The translations under genes were made by a program, and so were the position numbers. Source: Balanoglossus misakiensis (Eukaryota > Animalia > Hemichordata). Taken from it: DNA of 64,000 nucleotides. The notes under the pieces were generated by a model, which made no database searches, had not been told where the DNA came from, and saw nothing but the letters and a program-made list of their open reading frames with translations. The stretch lies in contig CM082592.2 of NCBI GenBank assembly GCA_040954595.2, positions 434,001 to 498,000 of the forward strand, in the 5' to 3' direction. Shown here in pieces: positions 51,962 through 59,783 of this stretch. Positions within the stretch are counted from its first letter, which is position 1. Each line of letters starts with the position of its first letter.

Positions 51962-54900
51962 TTAAAAACCATATCTTTGTGGAGCTTTTCTATCTCGTGT
52001 AGATCTTCTAACTGTCTGGGTCTCCACCTCTGTTTCCATGGTAACGGTTTCTGCTATCTGAACCGGACTCGCTCCCTCTGTCTCCATAGCAACTGTTTCT
52101 GTCATCTGCGTGGGACTCAATGCTTCTGTTCCCATAGCAACTGTTTCTGTCATCTGAGCTGGACTCGCTACATCTGTTTCCATAGCTATCACGGCTGTAT
52201 CTGTACTTTCAGACATTCTCGGAGTAAACTCTGTTGCTGTTGCTCTAAGTTTTCTGCTCTCTCTTCCACCATTTGTCATCATATCGACCATCTCTCTATC
52301 GTCTGGTCTTGTACTTCCTACTGCATCCTCCATGACTGTTTTGTTATTAAATCGCACCGAACTACGCACAGGAGGTTCAGCTATAGTTCTTTCCCTTGAT
52401 GCAGGTTTCCACCACTGTACTAATTCCAATCCATCCTCTGAAGAGTCTGTGCCAGCACTTGAACTAGTAGTCACTGGTCGATGACGAGTTCTTCTCATAT
52501 CTCTTTGTGGTTTTCTGTCATATTGCTTTCTCATAGGTCTTGCAGGATACGGTACAGGTAATGCACTGCATGGCAATAACATGTTCCGATGAAGAGTCCT
52601 TGAACCCTGAGATTCTCCACTTTCCCGAACAACTTCATACACCGGAATATCTGGATTGACCTGACGGACCACAATGTAAGCAGTTTTCTCCCAGCGATCA
52701 GCTAGCTTGTGTTTACCACGAATTCCTACATTCCGTACCATTACACGATCTCCTGGCTCCAATCGACTTTCCTTAGCTCTCACATCATACCGTCTCTTGT
52801 TTGCTCGCTGGTGTTTCTCTGCCTCTTTTGATGCTAATTCATATGCCACTTTCAATCTCTCCCGCAGTCTATGCGCATAATCATCGCAATCGTCATCCTC
52901 GGTTGGCTGTAATCCCAGATAGATATCTACAGGAAGCCTGGGATGATGACCATACATCAAGTAATAAGGTGAGTAACCAGTACTTTCTCCTTTTGTACAA
53001 TTGTATGCATGTACCATTGGACTAATATACTTCTTCCAATCTTGTTTCCTCTCTTCACCGAGCGTACCCAACATGTCCATCAACGTCCTGTTGAATCTCT
53101 CACATTGCGGGTTTCCCTGGGGGTGGTAAGGCGTGGTGCGAGATTTCTGTATTCCCAGCTTTTTACATAACTCCTGAATAACTTTCGACTCGAAATTGCG
53201 CCCTTGATCTGAGTGGAGACGATCAGGAAAACCATAATGCAACAGGAAATGCTCCATCAAAGCGTCCGCCGTCGTCTTCGCTGTCTGGTCCTTGGTTGGT
53301 ATTGCTATCGCATACCTCGTGAAATGATCTGTAATGATCAGTATATCTTTGTATCCTCCTTTACACGGCTCCACTGTCAAATAGTCCATACAAACTAATT
53401 CCAATGGCCGCTTCGTCGTAATGTTACAAAGTGGGACTTTAGCTCTTCCATCTGGAGTCATCTTTCTGCGAGTGCAGCGCTCACAATTCTTCACCTTGAC
53501 TTCTATATCCATAGTCATCTTAGGCCAATAAAATCTGGACTTCATCAGATCAGTAGTTCTCTCTATTCCAGGGTGTCCCATATCATCATGTAATGCCTCC
53601 ATGGCTGTACCACGATATATGGCAGGCAAGACCAACTGATTATACTCATCACCATGGCGATCCTGTCTCCGTCTGTACAGTACACCATCCCGAAACCGTA
53701 ATCGATTCCATTCCTTCAGACCAATTTGCACCAATTTAGATTCGCCACTTCTTTCTGTAACAGTGGGTCGTTTATTCTTCACCATGTACATATATAAGCG
53801 TCCTACAACAGGATCTGCCTTCTGCGCTGCTATCCAATCAGCTGTGGTAACTGAAGGTAATGCTGTCTGGTCTGACCACTTTTCAATTTCATCCTCCACA
53901 CGAGTAACAACCCCTGGCTCAGCTCCTAGTACTTCAACTGCTGGTAACGTCTGAACCTGGGCACTCTGAGTGACTGCTTTCACCGTCTCAATATTCATTC
54001 GCTCTCTCTCAGCAGGAGGTAACCAATCCAACCAATATGGACGTCCCTCAGTATCAGTGGTATATCCCTGATGGGGCTTCCGCGATAGACCATCTGCACC
54101 AGCGTTGAGGCTGCCTGGCGTATACTGTAATTCAAAATCATACTGAGCTAGTGCCGCCAACCATCTGTGTCCAGTGGCATCAAGTTTCGCGCTGGTCATC
54201 ACATAGGTTAAAGGATTGTTGTCAGTTACAACCAAGAATTTTCTACCATACAGATAGTCCTTGAACTTGTCTGTTACTGCCCATTTCAATGCTAGGAACT
54301 CTAACTTGTGCACAGGGTAGTGTCGTTCACTCTTCGATAGTCTTCTGCTGGCATAGGCAATCACCCTTTTCACTGATCCCTCCTTCTGGTATAGCGCAGC
54401 ACCCAATCCCAATAAGCTGGCGTCAGTATGTAGCTCAAATGGCTTCTCATAATCTGGATATGCGAGAATAGGGGGATGTGTCAATCTCTCAATCAGCGTC
54501 TCGAACGCATGTTGGCACTCTTCTGTCCAGTTGAATTTGGGACGATCTTCCTCTCTGACGAGTCTCATCTTACCAGAACGGCCTTTCCGCTGATACAATC
54601 CAACTGTCAAGTCATTGAGAGGTTTGGCAATCTTCGAATATCCTTCCACATATCTTCTATAATATCCTGTCACGCCTAAAAACGTCTTGACCTCTTGGGC
54701 ATTGGTAGGCACTGGCCACGTCTTCAAAGGTTCAGTCTTTGCGGGATCAGTCTGTATACCGTTCGCACTCACAACATGTCCCAAATAGTTGACCTGCTTC
54801 AGAAAGAAAGCACACTTCTTGGGGGATAACTTCAAACCATTCGCCGCAAGTCGCTGAAATACTTGTCGCAATCTATCCAGATGTTCCTCGAAGGTGCTCG

Positions 54901-56491
54901 AGAAAATAATATCATCAAGATAAACCAGGCAAATCTTGTAATTTAAATCTCCCAGACATTTCTCCATGACACGTTGAAATGACGCAGGGCTAGTAGTCAG
55001 TCCCATAGGTAACTTCAGACATTCATACAGTCCAACGGGGGTAATAAACGCCGTCTTCTCCACATCTGTTTCATCCATCAAGATCTGCCAGTAACCCGAT
55101 TTCAAATCGACTGTACTGAAAAGTGCTGCTCCTTTCAGGGCATCAAAACTTTCCTCTATACGAGGCAGTGCATAGGCATCTCTTATCGTCCGCGCGTTGA
55201 GTTTTCGGTAATCAATACACAGCCGCGTACTACCATCTTTTTTCCCAACTAGTACTATGGGCGCGGCCCAGGGGCTGTGTGACTCCCTTATCACTCCACT
55301 GTCAATCATGCCATCCAAAATATGTTTCAATTCCTGGTACCTTGCAGGTGGCACACGACGAGGACGTTCACTGATAGGAGTCTCGTCAGTCAATCGAATA
55401 CGGTGTTTCTCTATCCCACAAGTACCAAGATCGGTGTCGTTCTTGGAAAACACATCCTTCTGTTCGGTAAAACAGGCTTCCACTTGCTCCAACTGTCGAG
55501 TGGTTAAGTCTGCCTCGGTCAGATCAAAGACAACTCCATCCACTGATATTGTGCTTTTGGGTGTAGACTGAATATCACTCATCTCGTGAGCCATAGCTGA
55601 CATCTGTCCAGGTTTCTCTATCCATGTCACTGCTCTCGCTTCCCCAATAACATCTCCTGGTTTCACCATAACTGTCTTGTCACTAGTGTTGCTAATACGG
55701 ACCGGCACCTGCGATTTCCGTCGATAACATGTCATCACTCCAGTTGTAGCACTTGTAGCAATGTTGCATGGAGTCTTGGCACTGGGTTCCACTGTAACAA
55801 CATACTGGTCACGAGGAGTGCCACCACGAACGCGTCCCCACACCATCTGATCGCTGTCCGGCTTGACAGAGATAGGTGTTCTGCACATAGCTCTGACATC
55901 TCCCAAAAATCCATCTCTTCCAACAAATCTTTCTCTCGCCAACAATGTATTACAAGTCTTCTTTCCAGTTACAGACATACGCATGGAACGAACTTTCTTC
56001 TGATTCCTTGTGAGACTACCACAATCTATATAGTAACACAAAAGATTGGTGCCTGCAGTGACTGGTACATCAGCGTTGTACTCGTTGTCTGCCGCAACTA
56101 ATACCAATACGTTGTGTTCATCTTCAGATGCAAACAATGACACAGGGAAAGACATCTTCACTTCGATGTATCCTAAATATGGTAACTTCTCACCACCAGC
56201 ACCGGTAACCACGAAAGAATCGGTCAATAGTCTCAAAGGCACATCGGTCAGATTCTTCCAATAATATTCGTACGAAACAGTCGTCACTTGTGATCCCGTA
56301 TCAATCAGGCACGGACATCTCATCCCATTAATAAACACATGCTCTTCTGGCGTTGGTCCTACCAGTGCTTTTTCACAGTCTTCAATACTTTCTTTGGACT
56401 CATCTCCCCTTTTCCCGACACTGCTGTTTCTGTTCGCTGACAAGACAAGACGGTAGGGCAGATGCGTTGGATGTGTCCTATTCCTCCACAC
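51962..56491 (-). CDS. pol: Pol polyprotein (aspartic protease, reverse transcriptase, RNase H, integrase), probably expressed as Gag-Pol by -1 frameshift
   Basis: Uninterrupted 1509 aa ORF. Protease LIDTGSQVT; RT motifs SPWAAPIVLVGKKDG, DYRKLN, DLKSGYWQI, LPMGL, YLDD; RNase H TDAS, IAYASR, LEFLAL, TDNNPL; integrase H-H-C-C (HDDMGH...CERC) and D,D,E (CMDY, HSDQG, CERFNRTL); C-terminal RRSTR..P.RY. No chromodomain. Confidence 0.97.
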   Translation of the reverse strand: MWRNRTHPTHLPYRLVLSANRNSSVGKRGDESKESIEDCEKALVGPTPEEHVFINGMRCPCLIDTGSQVTTVSYEYYWKNLTDVPLRLLTDSFVVTGAGGEKLPYLGYIEVKMSFPVSLFASEDEHNVLVLVAADNEYNADVPVTAGTNLLCYYIDCGSLTRNQKKVRSMRMSVTGKKTCNTLLARERFVGRDGFLGDVRAMCRTPISVKPDSDQMVWGRVRGGTPRDQYVVTVEPSAKTPCNIATSATTGVMTCYRRKSQVPVRISNTSDKTVMVKPGDVIGEARAVTWIEKPGQMSAMAHEMSDIQSTPKSTISVDGVVFDLTEADLTTRQLEQVEACFTEQKDVFSKNDTDLGTCGIEKHRIRLTDETPISERPRRVPPARYQELKHILDGMIDSGVIRESHSPWAAPIVLVGKKDGSTRLCIDYRKLNARTIRDAYALPRIEESFDALKGAALFSTVDLKSGYWQILMDETDVEKTAFITPVGLYECLKLPMGLTTSPASFQRVMEKCLGDLNYKICLVYLDDIIFSSTFEEHLDRLRQVFQRLAANGLKLSPKKCAFFLKQVNYLGHVVSANGIQTDPAKTEPLKTWPVPTNAQEVKTFLGVTGYYRRYVEGYSKIAKPLNDLTVGLYQRKGRSGKMRLVREEDRPKFNWTEECQHAFETLIERLTHPPILAYPDYEKPFELHTDASLLGLGAALYQKEGSVKRVIAYASRRLSKSERHYPVHKLEFLALKWAVTDKFKDYLYGRKFLVVTDNNPLTYVMTSAKLDATGHRWLAALAQYDFELQYTPGSLNAGADGLSRKPHQGYTTDTEGRPYWLDWLPPAERERMNIETVKAVTQSAQVQTLPAVEVLGAEPGVVTRVEDEIEKWSDQTALPSVTTADWIAAQKADPVVGRLYMYMVKNKRPTVTERSGESKLVQIGLKEWNRLRFRDGVLYRRRQDRHGDEYNQLVLPAIYRGTAMEALHDDMGHPGIERTTDLMKSRFYWPKMTMDIEVKVKNCERCTRRKMTPDGRAKVPLCNITTKRPLELVCMDYLTVEPCKGGYKDILIITDHFTRYAIAIPTKDQTAKTTADALMEHFLLHYGFPDRLHSDQGRNFESKVIQELCKKLGIQKSRTTPYHPQGNPQCERFNRTLMDMLGTLGEERKQDWKKYISPMVHAYNCTKGESTGYSPYYLMYGHHPRLPVDIYLGLQPTEDDDCDDYAHRLRERLKVAYELASKEAEKHQRANKRRYDVRAKESRLEPGDRVMVRNVGIRGKHKLADRWEKTAYIVVRQVNPDIPVYEVVRESGESQGSRTLHRNMLLPCSALPVPYPARPMRKQYDRKPQRDMRRTRHRPVTTSSSAGTDSSEDGLELVQWWKPASRERTIAEPPVRSSVRFNNKTVMEDAVGSTRPDDREMVDMMTNGGRESRKLRATATEFTPRMSESTDTAVIAMETDVASPAQMTETVAMGTEALSPTQMTETVAMETEGASPVQIAETVTMETEVETQTVRRSTRDRKAPQRYGF
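52031..52190 (-). repeat. In-frame 48 bp (16 aa) tandem repeat in the integrase C-terminal tail, ~3.3 copies
   Basis: Protein reads VIAMETDVASPAQMTET VAMGTEALSPTQMTET VAMETEGASPVQIAET VTMETE; DNA unit tgt(t/c)(t/c)ccat...tttctg starts at 52031, 52079, 52127 and 52175. Confidence 0.88.
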
Positions 56492-57960
56492 CTAAAGCAA
56501 ACTACAACTCGGTCAAACCCGGCCCTCACTCCCTGATTGGTGTACGGTTGGCGGGAATTACTAGTCATCTCTCTCTTTTCATCCTTCGGTTTTGGACATA
56601 TTCGTGCGATGTGTCCTTCTTCCGCACAGTTGAAACATCTCAGTGGCTTCCTTGACTTCACTGGATTCGCATTTGGCACATTGACAGGACACTGTCTTGA
56701 AAAATGACCCATACCACCACACGTGTAACACATACCAGGCGACGAGCTGGCAGCTGGTTTGGTTGCTCCCGGTGTTTTCTTTTCTAATTTCTTCTGTCTT
56801 TCTTCTAACGACTCCATCTTCTCCTTCATCGCTGACAACATAAGGGTATTTTCTTGAAGGACTTTGGTCATCATAGCGATTTCATTCGCACCAAGATTTT
56901 TTTGTTGGCTCATAGACTCCCTCTTCAAACTATCATCCCCGGCGGCCACCTGACGGGTCTTCGCACTCGGTTTCCGTACTTGAGGAGACTTCAAAGCTTC
57001 ACGCTCCAGGACCTCTTGCTCCGCATTCCGTACTACACGCAACAGATCATCATAGGTTTTGGCCTCCCGGTATCCATGGCGTGCTATTTCCCTCACCTGG
57101 TCATCGCTGATATTTCGCCAGAATACAGTTTTCAAAGTCTGGTCTTTCTCACGGAGTGGCAGTCCACCTCTTTTACACACCATATCCAAATCCAATTCAA
57201 GGCGCGTCCCAAAGTCTGACATCGATTCCCCGGGTTTTTGTTTACTGGAGCTGTAAAACCTGGCCAGCAAATCATCCCCGGATTCAACTTCTCCAAAGCG
57301 ACCTTCTAACTTGTTCACTATCTCTTCTACAGTGGTGTCGAACCCCATTCCCATAACCAATAGAGTGGCCCGCCCTCGAAGTGATTCCCTCACAGCTTGC
57401 AACACCATGGCTGGGGAATGTGCACGACTCTGTTGAAACCACAAAACTTCTTGTTTCCAGATTTCAAACTCAGCATCCCCTTTGCGAGATGGGTCACCAG
57501 AGAAGGTTGGTAATTTCGATCTCTGGGTCAAATATACCGCATGTCCAGCATCCATAGTCGTCTCCATACCACGTGGTGACTTTTCATGACCCCGTCTTGG
57601 TGCCATACCTCTTCTATTCTCATCTGTCCATTCTCTTCCCAAAGATCGTCTATTTCTTTCTTTCTGCAACTCTCTGTCTAATAATCTTGCTTCTTCATCT
57701 ATCCATTGCACCTCTTCACTCAACAATCTCTCTTTGTCCCGTCTTTCCTCCTCGTCTATCATTCTCTTCGCAGTTCTTTCAATCCGTCTCTCCAATGACC
57801 GACGTCTCATTAACTCTAATGTTCTCCTTTCTTCTGTTTCAGGTGTACGAAGACCATCCTCCTGTACTTGTAAGACAGGCATTTCTTCAGGAGTACCAAC
57901 CTGTAAGGGCTGGGGTTCTTCATCAGAAGTGATCCCAAAGTCAATTCCACCAGTAGCCAT
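56359..57960 (-). CDS. gag: Gag polyprotein with PNMA-like capsid domain and three CCHC zinc knuckles
   Basis: First ATG at 57960 (MATGG; the track start at 57978 is a TTG). Charged N-terminus; capsid-like KLPTFSG...FEIW...SLRGRA...RFG...QKPGESMSDF..RLE; knuckles CYTCGGMGHFSRQC, CFNCAEEGHIARIC, CFRCGGIGHIQRIC. Confidence 0.93.
   Translation of the reverse strand: MATGGIDFGITSDEEPQPLQVGTPEEMPVLQVQEDGLRTPETEERRTLELMRRRSLERRIERTAKRMIDEEERRDKERLLSEEVQWIDEEARLLDRELQKERNRRSLGREWTDENRRGMAPRRGHEKSPRGMETTMDAGHAVYLTQRSKLPTFSGDPSRKGDAEFEIWKQEVLWFQQSRAHSPAMVLQAVRESLRGRATLLVMGMGFDTTVEEIVNKLEGRFGEVESGDDLLARFYSSSKQKPGESMSDFGTRLELDLDMVCKRGGLPLREKDQTLKTVFWRNISDDQVREIARHGYREAKTYDDLLRVVRNAEQEVLEREALKSPQVRKPSAKTRQVAAGDDSLKRESMSQQKNLGANEIAMMTKVLQENTLMLSAMKEKMESLEERQKKLEKKTPGATKPAASSSPGMCYTCGGMGHFSRQCPVNVPNANPVKSRKPLRCFNCAEEGHIARICPKPKDEKREMTSNSRQPYTNQGVRAGFDRVVVCFRCGGIGHIQRICPTVLSCQRTETAVSGKGEMSPKKVLKTVKKHW
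56410..56416 (-). promoter_or_regulatory. Candidate -1 ribosomal frameshift slippery heptamer G GGA AAA
   Basis: pol is in the -1 frame relative to gag. Within the overlap, the gag frame reads TCG GGA AAA, an X XXY YYZ pattern, after the last knuckle and just before the protease. Confidence 0.65.
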
Positions 57961-58376
57961 ATCATCAGACAACTCCAATAATCCACTTGTAATAATAAAG
58001 GTCTAAGTTCACCCCTGTCTCTGTCTGTTCCTGTATCACGTATCTGTGTAATTCACAATGAACAGGGATACTGCGAGTCAAATGTGCAATATTCTATACA
58101 CCTGACAAGGAATAAAAAAAATGTTAAACATGGTCACATAGTCTCCAGATAACAAAAGGAAAACAGTTTACAGCTCTCAAAAAATATGAGAAACAAGAAA
58201 ACAAAATTGGCTGGCCCTATACAATAGGAAGCCCTACAACTGTTTTGATCACAACAGCAAGCAACTTCAGTCAGCTAACGCCTCAAAATTCATACTAGAA
58301 ATGTTAAAGTGAGGCTGTTACCCACAATACTCTGAGTAGTGAATGATACCAAAAGTTAATTTTTAACCACCATCGA

Positions 58377-58394
58377 CCCCCTTAGCGGGCGCCA
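58377..58394 (-). promoter_or_regulatory. Primer-binding site, tRNA-Lys-like but degenerate
   Basis: Minus strand, 4 nt after the 5' LTR end: TGGCGCCCGCTAAGGGGG(TCGA). The first 8-9 nt match the known Lys PBSs TGGCGCCCGAACAGGGAC and TGGCGCCCAACGTGGGGC. Confidence 0.75.
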
Positions 58395-58398
58395 AAAA

Positions 58399-59783
58399 TG
58401 TAACCTCACTCGCAATTACATATAATACAAAAAGGGCCCTGGTGGCATTGCGGCACCTTCGCTCCACACTACTCAATCAGATGCAACAAGAAACAATTTT
58501 CTCTCTCCGATAAGTTCAAATATAAAAGAAAAAACTTGACAGCACTCAATCTCTGAATGGCGGTCTCTATCACTGAACAACAAAAAAATCAAGCAATTCC
58601 ATACTGATCACACTAGTGCACCTGTTTACAACAGGGGGTGCACTGTAAAAAGAAAATGAAATGTTAATCTGTATCACTGATAATACAAGAAGAATAAAGT
58701 TCACTCTCAATGTACGTAGCTGTATAAATCAATGTACTCAGCAGTGGAAATCAGCGTATTCCGCTGTATAAATCAATGTACTCAGCAGTGTGAATCAGCG
58801 TATTCCGCTGTATAAATCAATGTACTCAGCAGTGTGAATCAGCGTATTCCGCTGTATAAATCAATGTACTCGGCAGTAAAAATCAGTGTACTCCGCTGTA
58901 TAAATCAATGTACTCGGCAGTAGAAATCAGTTCACTTTTCCCACAATAGTTCGAAAAAATAAAAGTTCACTGTTCACACAATAGTTCAAAAGAAAATAAC
59001 AGTTCACTATCAATGTACTCAGCTGTATGACTCAGTTTGCTGTCCCCGTAAACAGTTCTGGCGCTGAATCCAACTTCAACTGGCACAATCCGCTGGTACA
59101 TGGCAAACCACGGCGAATCCCTCAGAACGTCTGCAAACTGCTACACCCGAAGCCGGCGAATCCCTCGGAACGGCAGCAAACCGCAAACTGTTGCACAGAA
59201 AATCGGCGAATCCCTCAGAAAGGCAGCAAACAGCGACTGTAGCACACAAGCGGCTCGGTGTATCAAAACTGATGGGTCCGCTATCAATACATGTACTTAT
59301 CTCTCTCCGTCTCTAGCTCGCTCGCATCACACGCCAGCACGACTCATGGGGGCAGCCATCTTGGAAAGTTTTGTTTAGAACTGCATACATGGCCGAATCT
59401 CCGACTCAACTTCGGCCCTACTCGGCTCGTCACGCACTCACCGTCTAGCTGGAACTTCTTGGCCAATTCAAAAAATATAGTTTCTTTTCAAACCACGTCT
59501 CGCTCTTCCGAATTCAGTGTCACTGTTGGCACTCCGTCCGCCTGTATCAGAGACCTGCACGCCTCAATACATGACTTCTGGCTGAAACCTGGGCTGCAAT
59601 TTCAGACGAAAATCTCCCAGCAATTTCTGGACGACCAGCTCACGCGTACTCAAATTTTCCACACTCCCTTCAAAAAAAAAAAAACCCCAACAACTCCCCG
59701 GATGAACCGCTGTACCGGCTGAGGGCGCTGCTGTCACCTTTCCCGTAAAGTACCCGGATGCTACTCAGTAACCATGGGTTACA
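58399..59783 (-). repeat. 5' LTR (1385 bp)
   Basis: Direct repeat of 50499-51882. Differences seen by eye at 58914, 59389, 59497, 59708 and one extra A in the A-run near 59680. Confidence 0.97.
59352..59362 (-). promoter_or_regulatory. YY1-like motif in LTR (also at 51452-51462)
   Basis: Minus strand AAGATGGCTGC resembles the YY1 consensus AAGATGGCGGC. Motif match only. Confidence 0.3.

Larger units (their letters stand above)
50499..59783 (-). mobile_element. Full-length Ty3/gypsy LTR retrotransposon (9285 bp), recently inserted
   Basis: Two near-identical LTRs with TGTAACC...GGTTACA termini, 4 bp TSD TAAG (50495-50498 and 59784-59787), PBS, PPT, and gag and pol ORFs with domain order PR-RT-RNaseH-IN. 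Removing the element restores the satellite consensus gaaactaagaaaagaatttattc. Confidence 0.98.

Noticed and set aside
51857-58006. Plus-strand ORFs antisense to gag/pol, including the 180 aa Cys/His-rich ORF at 51857-52399
   Set aside because: Shadow frames; the Cys/His periodicity comes from the 48 bp integrase repeat. No env-like third ORF fits, as pol ends ~80 bp from the LTR.
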